DNA of 64,000 nt, taken from contig CP060763.1 of NCBI GenBank assembly GCA_023205875.1, forward strand, positions 496,001-560,000, in the 5' to 3' direction. This DNA is from Chloropicon primus (lineage: Eukaryota). This document shows positions 1 to 10,993 of the stretch, in pieces. The notes under the pieces are model-generated. The model ran no database searches and was not told the origin of the DNA. It saw only the letters and a program-made list of their open reading frames with translations. A program made the position numbers and the translations under genes. Position 1 is the first letter of the stretch, and each line of letters begins with the position of its first letter.

Positions 1-122
1 GTGCTCGTCCCTAGGAGCCGGTCCACGATCCTCCACCAAACTGCAGTGAGGTTGAAAGAGGGATCCTTGGCGAGGATGATGGAAGGTTTTTGATAGTGTT
101 ACAGGTTGGGTTTTGTTGGAAT

Positions 123-1723
123 TTACTTGGGCCTGAGCTCAAACGACACCAAGGCCCAAGACAGGGAACAGCACATGAGCTTTATCATGGTGAGGGCGTA
201 CCACATGCTGTATCCGTTCTTGAAGTCGCTCGAGAGCTCCAACTCGTACCAATCGGGCACCCTGCGATAGGAGTAGTGCATCAAGTCGTCATAACCAGTA
301 TTGATGACGCTGCAGAGGAGCGAGACCAAGTAAAGCACGAGAAGGCAAATGTCGATGGTCCTCTGGGACGGGCCAACCGGCTCGAAGTTGAGAGTCCAGT
401 CCTTGTGAAACTTGTCGTACGCTCCCAAGATGCTCATCACGATGAGAGTGAAAAAAGTTCTCGAGAAGGCCATGGACAGGGGCGAGTAGAACCTCATGAA
501 GGCCCCGTTCGGGGTCGATCCGTCCAGAAGCATGAACATGTAAAGCGAGATGAGGGACATCCCCCCAAGCACCCCTTGCAAGAACAAGTAACAGACGCCA
601 AAGATGTTGCTCGTTGTGTCGTACATGAGCTTCAGGGACAAGGGATTTCCCCCCATCCTGATCTTTTTGGCCTTGCCCCAAGCTCGCTTTGGCAGGCTAG
701 CCTTGCCGGTGACTTTCTGAAACGTCCCGGTGATCGCATCCTCGACGTATCTCGTCTTTGGCCCCGGGCTGCCTGTCCCTTCCTTTTCCCTCAGCGTCTT
801 CAACGTGCCCGTGTTCTCGTCCCAGATGTAGATCATGTCATGCGGGATCGAAGGCTTGGCCGAGGCTTCCTTCTCCTTTGCGGGTTCCACGCCGAACTTC
901 ACGCTGATCTGCGTGCTCGAACCAGCCTCGGACACCCCCTGGCCCCCCTTGCTGCTCTCGTCAAACTTGAGGGCCCTGCACCGGAACCGGAGCGGAGAGA
1001 GAAAGAAAGGAGTGTGTGCGTGTGAAACGAAGTCAGAACCGATCCACGAAGTTTTTGCTCGCCGTGCCGTGCGCCAGAGACGAGACTCACCTCTTGATCA
1101 CCGTTGGTTTGGGAGAGGGGGCTTCGACTGGAGGAAGCTCGTGCGGAGGTGCCGACTCGACGTCTACTGGAGGTCTCTCCTCCACGGCTACTGGCTTTGG
1201 CTCGGGTCGTCGGGCCACGGGGACTCGCCTTGCCGCGGGAACCGCGACCTCGCTTGCGGCCTCCTCCTCGATCATCGAGGGTTTCTCCGGAATTGTGGCC
1301 CCCTCCTTCGCCTGGTGCTGCTTTGCTTCGTTCCTCTTCGCCCGGAGCTTGGCGATCCTCGCCGAGAACCTTCGTGCCCCGAGAGAGTCCGACTGGGGCA
1401 CAGCCTCCTCCGGCATCGTCGCCTTCCCTGCGAGGGACGCAAGGGGCGTCTCGATCCTCTGCGCAGGAGGCTGTTGCTTCAAGACAAGAGCAAAGTCTTT
1501 CAGTCAGAACAAACTCAAACGCAAACGCAATACAACTCCACGAAGAAGAAGAGGAACAGGAAGAGGAAGAAGAAGCTCCGGTGGGTCAACCTACCTTGAC
1601 CGGCTCGAGCTCCGTCCGAAGCGCCGGTAGCTTCCTGGGCGAGACCGGTGCGGTTTCCCTCCTCTGTTCGCTCGTGGATGCGATGGGCTCCTCCTCCTCC
1701 ATGGCGCTTCTCGCTTTTCTCAT
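123..1723 (-). CDS. TMEM237: TMEM237-like ciliary transition-zone membrane protein; 3 exons (1723/1702-1595, ~1470-1091, 975-123)
   Basis: The C-terminal four-TM region (FLQGVLGGMSL...ILGAYDK...LSWALVSFELRPK) resembles the TMEM237 core. GT donors at 1594 and 1090 and an AG acceptor at 976 join ORFs 1087-1482 and 123-935 in frame. Confidence 0.65.
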
Positions 1724-1985
1724 CCTCTGTCCTCTTCAAACCACCCTCGTTTCCCGCTTCACGCGACCGATGGATTTCCTTAAGTAAACGCCAAGATGGG
1801 ACCGTTTTTCGAGTGAAGTGAATTAACCTCAACCAATCTTTGCTTTGGAACCAATCTTTGTACGATTGCCAAAGGAGAGCGCGGAGAGAGGAAAGGGGGC
1901 GCCAGGGGGAGGGGAGAAGGGGAGGGGGGAGGACCCACAGCATCGTGGCCCGTGGCCCTGACCTCCCCCTCTCCCCATCACCAAT

Positions 1986-2023
<38 letters not shown>

Positions 2024-2351
2024 GTCCTCCAGACTTTTTTGCTCGTTGGTGATTTTCAGTGGATGAGGAATTATGAATCGAGCGAGGCAGAAGAGAGACT
2101 GTCTCGGGCCTTGGAAGACAAGGGAGAACCTTGACCTCGTTGCAGTTGGTGGTTGACTCGGCCGAGGCCTGCGACTGAATTCTTGTTGGCGAGACCTGAC
2201 CTGCTTGCTTTACCACCAACAACAACACGCCTTGCCTTGGAGAAAGGAGTATGGGACAGTATCCTGCTGCTGGGAAGAGGTAGTGAGAGGTAAGAGGTAT
2301 TGGATTGGATTGGTTTGCCAACTTGGGTGGTGACCGAGGTGAGGGAGCGTT

Positions 2352-4451
2352 ATGGTGCTCATACCTCGCGACCCGAAGAACAGGGCCGGCAGAAAGAACG
2401 GAGGAGCGCACCAGCGGCAGCACCAGCAGCGCGTTCAGAACAGCAGGGGAGGAGGGGGGAGGAGGAGGGGGGGAGCGAGGCAAGGACAGGAGAGTGGCAA
2501 CCCCAAGGAGGAGGAGAGGCAGCGAAAGTATCTCGAGCAGCTGAACCAGCAGGCCGAGATTGCGATGAGGGTGCTGGAAAGGGAAAAGGCGGAGCTTGCG
2601 GTGATGAAGGAAAAGGTCGTTGGCAGCAGAAGCAGCGAGGGCAAGAGGAAAGTTTTTGACAAGTCGCAGATTCCAGGCTTGTCGCCGATGAAAGGTGACG
2701 AGCGCAGCCACCACCAACACCCTCTCCGGGTCCAGTCTCCTCCGAGGTTCGACAACATCGAGGTCCCCCAGTACAAGAACGACCTCAAGAACAACTTTAT
2801 CAAGGCCGAGGAGGAAGCGATGAAAAAGGAGTTTTCCGCGGAGGCACACAACCTTCGAAGCCCGGGGTACGACAGCCCCTTGCACTCCCCTCTGCCTGCG
2901 GGGTACCACACGCCGCAACAGGTGCGGCACCCGGTGCCTGCCGCGAGGAGGGACCAAGGGGGCGAGGGCCCATCGATGAATCACGACGACCCGGGAGGCA
3001 CGAGGAGGAACCTCTTCGAGCCGGACCGAGAGATCAGGGACAAGGACCTGCCGGCAAGCGTGCAGAAGAGGCTAGAGATTCTGTCCACGATGAGGGAGAA
3101 CAAGAGGAGGCAGATGTCACACAACTCGTTCTGGGGTGTGGACAACAACGATCCGAGGGTCGTGTCCCCCGAGAAGTTGCACCAGAAGAACGCTGACATG
3201 TACCAGAAAGGCGGGTTCTTGTCAGCGATGAGAGACCTGCAGGGCGGGCCATCAGAGGAGCAGAGGAGGATCGCGGAACTGCAAAGGCAGAAGCTCTTGC
3301 AAGACTTGGACGAGCAGGTTCGGTTGAAGAGGGAGGAGAAGAGGAGCGCGAACATGAAACGGAAGCTCCAGGAGGAGCAAGCGGAGCGAAGGGCTCGCAT
3401 GCAAGCCTTGCACAGCAGAAACAAAGCACAACAGCAAGATTCCACCGCCAACGACGAGAGGGACAGGTACCAGAGGGCACAACAGCCGCGAGCGCAGAAC
3501 CAGCCCCGGTACATGCCGCCGATACAGGAGGGTGGTGCACGCCCTGGGGTTCCTGAACAGCCAGCTCCGCCCTCGGTGCACCATGAGGGCATTCCTCAAG
3601 CGCCCCCCCGGGTGCAAAACAGCCCACCGCCCCCCCTTCAGATTCCGGAGAGGAAGGCAGAGACTTACAACAGCCCCGTTCTGAGGGCCAGGAGACCGTT
3701 TGAGATCGAGAACAACCTCAACGAGAATGCGCAGAACCTGCAGCAGCAACAGCAGCAGCAGCACTTCAATAACCCGGCGGTGGCGCCTTCCTCGAGGAGT
3801 CCGGGCCTCACAAAGCTGCACCAGAGGGCAGCGGAAGCTGGGGCCCCTGAGAACGATGCCATCTCCGCACTCTTGTCCGAAATACGACACGAGCAGAAAA
3901 TGCTGAGGCAGCAGTTCCAAGAGCAGATGCAAGTGGTGTCAAAGCTCGAGCAAGGGGCAAGGGCCGCGAGCAAGGACCACGAGATCGCGATGCAGGAGCT
4001 GAAGAAGGTCAAGGAGAACATTCACTCGGACTCCCTGGACGAGTTCTCGGTCGCTTCCCACTACGTTCCCAAGGACATTGGGCAGATTCCGGACGATTCC
4101 GTCCTCTCCGAGGTGGAGATCAGGCTCGCGACTGCTGGGAAGCCTCGCGAGTCGTTCGAGGACGCCCTTGGCGGCTTCCTCATCACTCGGGAGAGCGTTT
4201 ACTTGAACCAGGACCAGGACGAGGAGCCCACGTTGAGTCCGATGCGCAACCCGTATGCGATGGACCAGGAGCACGTTGGGAGCGTCGTCAACTTCCCGGT
4301 GGACAAGGAAGTGGTCCTGATGCAGCAAGAGGAGGACATCAGGGGGAAGCAGAGGAACCAGGGGAAGGCAAAGGCGCAGAGGAAGAAGCGGCCGACGAAG
4401 AGGCAGCAGACCAACAACCAAACACCACCCGCCGGCCGCTGGAGGCTCTGA
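2352..4451 (+). CDS. Coiled-coil protein with CCDC66/CSPP1-like motif
   Basis: 699-aa ORF with host codon usage. The segment QRQKLLQDLDEQVRLKREEK resembles the CCDC66-domain signature of centrosomal proteins. Confidence 0.5.
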   Translation: MVLIPRDPKNRAGRKNGGAHQRQHQQRVQNSRGGGGRRRGGARQGQESGNPKEEERQRKYLEQLNQQAEIAMRVLEREKAELAVMKEKVVGSRSSEGKRKVFDKSQIPGLSPMKGDERSHHQHPLRVQSPPRFDNIEVPQYKNDLKNNFIKAEEEAMKKEFSAEAHNLRSPGYDSPLHSPLPAGYHTPQQVRHPVPAARRDQGGEGPSMNHDDPGGTRRNLFEPDREIRDKDLPASVQKRLEILSTMRENKRRQMSHNSFWGVDNNDPRVVSPEKLHQKNADMYQKGGFLSAMRDLQGGPSEEQRRIAELQRQKLLQDLDEQVRLKREEKRSANMKRKLQEEQAERRARMQALHSRNKAQQQDSTANDERDRYQRAQQPRAQNQPRYMPPIQEGGARPGVPEQPAPPSVHHEGIPQAPPRVQNSPPPPLQIPERKAETYNSPVLRARRPFEIENNLNENAQNLQQQQQQQHFNNPAVAPSSRSPGLTKLHQRAAEAGAPENDAISALLSEIRHEQKMLRQQFQEQMQVVSKLEQGARAASKDHEIAMQELKKVKENIHSDSLDEFSVASHYVPKDIGQIPDDSVLSEVEIRLATAGKPRESFEDALGGFLITRESVYLNQDQDEEPTLSPMRNPYAMDQEHVGSVVNFPVDKEVVLMQQEEDIRGKQRNQGKAKAQRKKRPTKRQQTNNQTPPAGRWRL

Positions 4452-4566
4452 CGGTTGAAACAAAAAAGGTCAAGTCCTGTTATAATTTATACTGTATTTT
4501 TATCGAAAGGTTGATTCGAGGGCAGGGGCACAGCCCGTTCCCACGGCGCTCGGCCGCCCATATACC

Positions 4567-5289
4567 TCAGAACCCCCTTTCAATGGTGTTCAAGCTGCTC
4601 TCGAGAACCTTGAGAAGCAACTCCTCTGTGGCTTCCCTCTCCTTCTTTTCGTTTTTGATAGCTAGGTGGTGCTTGACGGACAAGTCTTCGAGAATCTGGA
4701 GCATGCTGTTCTGCATCCTCTCCCTCTTCTCCCTCTCGTTCTGTATCAGGGCCTGCAGCCTCTCAGACTCGTCGTTCAGCTTTCTCGAAACGTTTGCCTC
4801 CTGCTGCTCCACCTTGACGAGCTCTTGGTCGACCCTGTCCGTGAGCCTCAGGATCTCTTGTCTGACTTGGTGAATGCCGTGGTCACCCGACTCCTCCCTC
4901 GCTATCCTTTCCGTGACCAGGCTGGCTCTCAGAATCTGCGCCTTCTCTTCAATGAAACGCACCAGCTGTCTGTGGGACTCCTTCCTCGTCTCCCTCTCCG
5001 AGTTGAGGTCCGCGACACTGTTGTCGTCCACCAGTTGCAGTTCCTTCTCCTTTCGCTCTGCCAGAACTTCCCTCTTCACCTTGCAAGTCCCGAGGTCCTC
5101 CTCGAGCTTCTTGACCTCGTCCCGCAGGGCGTTCCCTCGCTCTATGGACACCTCTCCATACCGAGTTACCTTCTCCTCCAATTGCTTGATTTTGGTCTTT
5201 AGCACTTCTTCCCTCTTTCCCTTCCTTTCCTCTACCAAATTGTTATGGCTGCCGCTAGCACTTGCTTCCACTCCGCCGCGAAGCATCAT
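4567..5289 (-). CDS. SF-assemblin/beta-giardin family striated-fibre protein
   Basis: ~240-aa segmented coiled coil with recurring E-x-x-x-R-E blocks and C-terminal NEKKEREATEELLLKVLE; ATG at 5289. Confidence 0.6.
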   Translation of the reverse strand: MMLRGGVEASASGSHNNLVEERKGKREEVLKTKIKQLEEKVTRYGEVSIERGNALRDEVKKLEEDLGTCKVKREVLAERKEKELQLVDDNSVADLNSERETRKESHRQLVRFIEEKAQILRASLVTERIAREESGDHGIHQVRQEILRLTDRVDQELVKVEQQEANVSRKLNDESERLQALIQNEREKRERMQNSMLQILEDLSVKHHLAIKNEKKEREATEELLLKVLESSLNTIERGF

Positions 5290-5448
5290 GGTCAACTGCC
5301 CACGCGCCCCGTCCCCCGTGTGTGTGCCACTGCACGCCGCTTAACCCTTCCTCGCTCTGCTGCCTGTCCTGTCACTCTCCTGCGAATATGGAGGGAAGGG
5401 AAGGGAAGGGAAGGGAGGGCTGGACACCAGCGCCTAAAGACAATATGT

Positions 5449-5450
<2 letters not shown>

Positions 5451-5498
<48 letters not shown>
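5451..5498. repeat. (TA)n(TG)n microsatellite
   Basis: Directly visible dinucleotide run in the 3' region of the TBC gene. Confidence 0.95.
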
Positions 5499-5502
<4 letters not shown>

Positions 5503-5522
5503 CGGCTGAACTTGCTGCCTTA

Positions 5523-7418
5523 TCACATGTTTCTCTGGAAGCTGGCCGGCGAACTGGGCACTCTCAGCCTGGCAGGGCTTCTGCCGTTCTTGCCGTTCGG
5601 CGTGCCACCGATCTCGAGCTTGGGTGCGTAATACTTCCTTTCCATCGAGTCAAAGGTCTCTGCGATTCTCTCCGGCACCTGAATGTTGTTGATGGTCTTC
5701 AGGAACACGTCCGGGTCGAGGTCCTCAGGCGGCTGCAGCAGCAACTTGATGGCCTGGTCAAACGAGCAGGTCAGAAGTTGAGTCTTGTGCATCTTCAAAA
5801 GGGCCAAGGCGGTCTTGAAGATTGTGAGCTCTCCCTCCAGCATGTAGTTGTCCCACACCAGGCAAGCCATGTCCAAAGGCAGTATCTTGGCGTACATCGT
5901 GAACGCCCAGTTCAGCAAGTACAGCTCCGGGCCCAAGTGGATGGCCTCGAAGTGCTTTGCCAGCCCGGACATCGAGGTCTGCAACCAGCTGCTGAAAAGT
6001 CTAAACATATTGTACACGTGGTCCGTGTCGGCACTCAAGAAGGCGAGGAAGAAGTGCCTCGTCAGCAAGTTGCACAGGCACATGAAAGCCTCCGGTGGGT
6101 CCATGTAGAGCAGGAACATCCCGGCAAGGTAGCTCATGCCCTGGACGTAGCCAACGTCGGGCCTGTGAATCACGTAAGCGCCCAGGACGGTCCTGAGGTG
6201 GCCGTAGAGGTCCGACCCCGGCTTGAAGAGCTTCAGGGACGAGAAGGTTCGGTGGATGTCCTGCTCGATCTGAAGCATCGCCTCCTGCTTGCCCATGGCC
6301 ATCTTGGTCGCCGTCCTCAGCCTCCTGATGTAGACATCCGAGGACACCGACTCGTCCAGGATCTGCTTGGTGCTGGCTTCAAAGCTCGCGATCATCTTCT
6401 CCCGGTCGATTTCCAGCGAGGCTTGTGAAATGTAATAGCTGTAAAGCTCCTCCGTGATGCGAAGCGTGTTGCCGAGGGCGAGGGGCCACACCAGACCCCT
6501 CACCGCGGGCGGGAGGCCCTGCTTCCAGCTCAGCTTCACCCACGGGTCGTCCTTGAGGGTGTACCAGTTGGGCAGAATCTTGGTCAGCCAGATCTCGGTG
6601 CTCTCCTTCTGCTTCTTCTCCATCTTCCGTTTCCGCCACTCCTTTATCTGCTGCCTTTTCGATTTCTTGTGGAGCTCCTTCTTGTAGCTTCTCGACACCG
6701 CCGAGCTCTGGAACAGACTCTTCAGGTTCCAGAAGAAGAAGGAGCAAGGGGCAGTCAGAGCGCTGGAATAGAAGTCCCCGCACCCGTGCCTCAGCCTCTT
6801 CTTGTTCCTCTCCTCGTGGTGGGACCGCAAGATCACGTCGTCGAGAATGTCCGAAATCACCTCCTGGCACACCGACTCGCTGGTGCTCGCCTCGAGGTCC
6901 GCCCTCTCGCCGCGCTTATCCAGCGCAACTTCTTCCCAAGTGTCCGACCAACCCCTGCTGTAGTCAAACATCGCGAGCACGGCCAAGCCCACCGTGGCGG
7001 TGTTGCCGTCATTCAGAGCAAGCTCTTTAATGGTTGCCGCCCCCTCGCTCACTTTCGCTTTGGCTGCTGCCTCCGCAACTGCAGCCGGGTCCTTGCTGTC
7101 GTCATCCAAGTCTATGTTGTCCCACTCCTTCCACTCCAGCTCCGAAAGACCCGCGGCGTCGCTCGACTGCTCGTCGGGGAAAAGCACGAATAAAAGACGT
7201 CTCGCGTGTCAGCTCCCACACTCGAGAGGCAAAAAAAAGAACGAGCTCTTCTTCCCCTTCTTCCTCTTCGACATCCCAAAAGAAAGTATTCTTATCTTCT
7301 TTCGTTTTCCACTTACTCTCTTCCTTCGCAGCTTGCTCACGTCCGCCATTGACGTGTGCCAAGCGTCGAAGAACGACACTATGTTCACATCCTGACCCGT
7401 CAAGTCTTGCGCCACCAT
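5523..7418 (-). CDS. Rab GTPase-activating protein, TBC domain (TBC1D12/14-like); exons 7418-7317 and 7166-5523
   Basis: TBC motifs IEQDIHRTF, GYVQGMSYLA and WAFTMY. The GTAAGT donor at 7316, GCTGAC branch and CAG acceptor give an in-frame join. Confidence 0.9.
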
Positions 7419-8070
7419 CTTGACCTCCCTCCTCCACCAAGTCCCCCCTCCACCAAGCTCTCCCCTTTACAAACCGAGAGACCAAACCGAGTGACGACAC
7501 CGGCAAGGGTGACACCGACCTTGGAAGTCACTCGGTCCCCTCCCTCACGCAACCCTGCTCTATTCTCCCCCCTCTCCCACCTCTAGCGCATCCCTTCTGT
7601 CTCGTCAAGGTCTCTCTGTCCCGTGTCCTGTGTCTCCCCACCCCTCTGGTGCCGCTCTGAAGGAGAGTGAACAAGTTGCCAACGCATGCAAAGGCAAAAG
7701 AGAAAAGACGGCGAGGAAAGAACACCAAGACGTGGCAACTTTTCCACAAGGACGGCAAAGAACCCAAGGCCACAAGGAAAAGGGACAATCTCTTGTTCTT
7801 CTTGTTCTTCTTCTCTTCGTTTTGAAGCGACCTTGGTCCTCTTCCTCTCATCCAAACAATTGCTTAAGTAAACTTCAACAAAGCCAATCGTATAAAGGTT
7901 GGTACCAAAGTTTTCCGAACTTCAAACTTGAAATTCAAATTGGAACAAGCGGCGGAGGCGAGCGACGAGGAAGAGACAGGAGGTTGGCGAGCGACGAGGG
8001 AGACGACGAGAGAGACGGCGAGGGGTCGAAACCTACGCACTGAGTCTCACGACCTTTCCATTTCGATTGA

Positions 8071-8133
8071 CGCATCGCATCTGCATCGAATCGCAACGCA
8101 TTTGCATCGAATCGCATCGCATTTGCATCGCAT
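8071..8133. repeat. 3 x 21-bp tandem repeat (CGCATCGCATYTGCATCGAAT-like)
   Basis: Three near-identical units visible upstream of the BolA ATG. Confidence 0.85.
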
Positions 8134-8197
8134 CCTACGAAGCCTGGGGAGTTTGGAGATAGATTGTTGTTCCGATTGGAAGGTGCGGGAGCAGTCA

Positions 8198-8524
8198 ATG
8201 AGGTTGGCGGTGATGGCGGCGAGGGAGAAGGGTTATATGGGTCCGATGGCGAGGAGGATCCTCGAGAAAGTGTCGAACGCTTTCGATTGTGAGGTGGTGT
8301 CCTTGGAGAACCAATCGCACCATCACGCTGGGCACGTGGGCAACCCGGACGGTGCAGACGACGCGGAGACGCACTTCAAGCTCAAGGTCGTCTCGGACGC
8401 CTTCGAGGGGAAGAAGCTCTTGGAGAGGCACCGGATGGTGAACGAGCTGCTGAAGGAGGAGCTGCGAGAGACCGGTGGCGTCCACGCCCTGTCGCTTGAC
8501 CTGAAGCCTTCAAAGGCCAAGTGA
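8198..8524 (+). CDS. BolA family protein (BolA1-type)
   Basis: Motifs ENQSHHHAGH, ETHFKLKVVSDAFEG..LLERHRMVN and GVHALSL. Confidence 0.92.
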   Translation: MRLAVMAAREKGYMGPMARRILEKVSNAFDCEVVSLENQSHHHAGHVGNPDGADDAETHFKLKVVSDAFEGKKLLERHRMVNELLKEELRETGGVHALSLDLKPSKAK

Positions 8525-8718
8525 AAAGGCTCAACCCGAAGACAACCGTCCGGTGTCCTTGGGCGTGCGCGGCGATGTGGTTTGAAGGTGAATCGTCGTG
8601 AGGATGATACAATTATAGATGTGTGTACATATATTAACCTTAATCTGCTGCTGCTGCTGTTTGTTGTACAATAATAAGCCGTGCTCAAGAACGGCGATTC
8701 CCTCTGCGTGCGCTCGAG

Positions 8719-10317
8719 TCACCGAAAGCCCCTCTGGCCCATCGCTTCCCGGTACGCTTCGAACGGGGGCAGCGAAGACTGCCTTGCCTCCTTCCTGACG
8801 ATCTTCGAAGCCCACTGCCTCTCTGCCTGGACGCAGAGCAACTTCAAATCCCTTCCCGAAAACCCTCTCGTCAGCTCCGCCAGCTCCTCCCGCTCCTCGT
8901 CACTCAAGTGTTTCGCGTACTTGCCCAGAATCTGGCTCCTGCAGGCAGAGTCCGGGAGGTCAAACTCGACGCGAAACTCAAAGCGCGACAGGAGGGCCGG
9001 ATCCAAGTCGCTCTTCCTGTTCGTGGCGGCGATGACCACGTTGTTCCTCGACCCGTCGGCGTCGAAGCCGTCGATCTCCTTGAGAAGGACCCCAAGAATT
9101 CGCCTTGAGGCGTCGTGCATCTCGCTGTCCCTGCTGGTGACCAGCGCGTCCACCTCGTCCAGGAAAATGATCACGCCCTTGTCGCTCAAGCTGGCGCACT
9201 TGGCGAAGAGTTGAGCCAAGATCTTCTCCGACTCGCCGTAATACTTGCTCGTGATCGACTCGATCGGAACGTACACGAGGGGGATCACGGCCATCTCCGA
9301 CAGAGCGCGCGCGGCGCTCGTCTTTCCCGTGCCGGGGGGGCCGTCGAACAAGACCGCCTTGGGAAGGTTGGAGACGTTCTCGACTCGAGTGCCCTTCGAA
9401 ACCGCCGTGAAGGTCTCCTTGAAAAAGAGGTTCAGAAGCAAGCTGTCTTCGATCTGCCTCTTCTGCCGCTCGTAGCCCGCAATGTTGCCCCAGAGCCTGT
9501 CGAAGTTCCCCCTCTTGCAGTGCTCAAGGGCTTCCTCACTCGCTTTATCGTCCTTTGGCGGCAGGTACACCCTCGCGCCCAAGCCGGCGAGCTCCTCTTC
9601 CGCTGTGGGCTCGCCCCTCGGCAAGGGGGACTGCTGGAGAGGGTTCCCCTTCGACGCCCCGGAGGGGGGCAGCCGCCTCGGAGGAGGGAAGGCGCTGCTC
9701 GGCAGGCTTTGGTTCTCTTGAGCCTCTTGGTACTCCATAGAAACTTGCGAGGACAGCGCAAGGGCATTGAGGATCACCTTGAGCTCCTGCTGGCTCAAGT
9801 AACCGCTATCGCCTTCCTTGATGAACTCCAACTCCTGCAGCCCGTAGCCCGCGAGCGGCTGGAAGAACACCAGGCTCAGCCCCCGAGTCTGGGATGGCCG
9901 AAAGGAGAGCTGCTTGGCCACCGAGCTATCGAAGGACTCGACGCTCCAACCTGCCTTGGTCTTCGCCGAGAGCGAGCTTATTGATTCCGTTATGATGGCC
10001 ACAGCGTCAGAGCCCGGGCGCAGCGGGAACCGCACGGAGAGCCTGGAACGCGACCCGACGCTCCCACCCTTGACGGATATCTGAACTCCCCTCTGCGAGG
10101 CGTACGCCCGCTCCCTCGGCGTCGAGTGCCTCTGTGATCTCAACTCCGACTCTATCCTGGCCCAATACGGCTCTATCGTCTTTCGCGCAGCGCTCAGCGC
10201 GTCCCCCTTCTCCTCCTCACACCCAATAACCCCGTAGCGGCCCAACACCATCATCGCTGACGCCATCGCCACGCCACCCGTCAAAGCTTTGGTTCCGAAC
10301 AGGCGAGTTGCCCACAT
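8719..10317 (-). CDS. AAA+ ATPase, single AAA domain, probably organelle-targeted
   Basis: Walker A GPPGTGKT, Walker B IIFLDEVD, second region of homology AATNRKSDLDPALLSRF. Confidence 0.9.
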   Translation of the reverse strand: MWATRLFGTKALTGGVAMASAMMVLGRYGVIGCEEEKGDALSAARKTIEPYWARIESELRSQRHSTPRERAYASQRGVQISVKGGSVGSRSRLSVRFPLRPGSDAVAIITESISSLSAKTKAGWSVESFDSSVAKQLSFRPSQTRGLSLVFFQPLAGYGLQELEFIKEGDSGYLSQQELKVILNALALSSQVSMEYQEAQENQSLPSSAFPPPRRLPPSGASKGNPLQQSPLPRGEPTAEEELAGLGARVYLPPKDDKASEEALEHCKRGNFDRLWGNIAGYERQKRQIEDSLLLNLFFKETFTAVSKGTRVENVSNLPKAVLFDGPPGTGKTSAARALSEMAVIPLVYVPIESITSKYYGESEKILAQLFAKCASLSDKGVIIFLDEVDALVTSRDSEMHDASRRILGVLLKEIDGFDADGSRNNVVIAATNRKSDLDPALLSRFEFRVEFDLPDSACRSQILGKYAKHLSDEEREELAELTRGFSGRDLKLLCVQAERQWASKIVRKEARQSSLPPFEAYREAMGQRGFR

Positions 10318-10993
10318 CACCTCAGCCTCTTCCTCCTCGCAACACGATTCGATTCGATTCGATTCGATTCTTCACCACCACGTGGTGGCGTCTGTCATTC
10401 CTTTCGAGCGAGGCCACGCTCTTTCGCAAGGGAATCGGACGCTTGATGCTCTACGCCACTACCCCTCTACCTCCTCGCGTCCCGACTCTCTTTGCTCGAC
10501 CGACAAGCGTCGAGTCCATCGCCATCGATCGCCCACAGGCTTTGTCTCTCGCCTCCCTCTCCGCGGTCCAGTGCAGGGATCCCAGGGACAAGATACTTGG
10601 AGCCAAAGGTACGAGACAAGTTCAAGTTTCAGACAACCAATGTGTGATGACGGCGAGGTTGGAAGCAACAGGAATGGATTTTGATGAAAGCTTCACGTCG
10701 TCCTCTTTCCAAAGAGGTCTCTCTTGCAAAGTATGACGCCGTGGTGAGGATGAGAGACTGAAAAAACGATTGCTTTTGCCTTTGTTGATGCCAGAGGGAG
10801 CAAGCATTATTGTGCCTCGACGATGCAAGCCTCGAGAGTTACGATGGTGGTAGGAGCCCTGGCATGAGAAGGATGCCGTGCTGGTGAAGATTCAAGAACG
10901 CGTTCCACGAAGGTCTGGAAGAGAGGCTGGCTGGGAGCCTGGTTTTTGTGTGTGATGGCGGGTCAGACCAAGTAGGAGGTGCTGCTCTCAGAT

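Noticed and set aside
10640..10760. TGATGA boxes suggesting a C/D snoRNA
   Set aside because: No convincing terminal stem or rRNA-complementary guide could be recognised.
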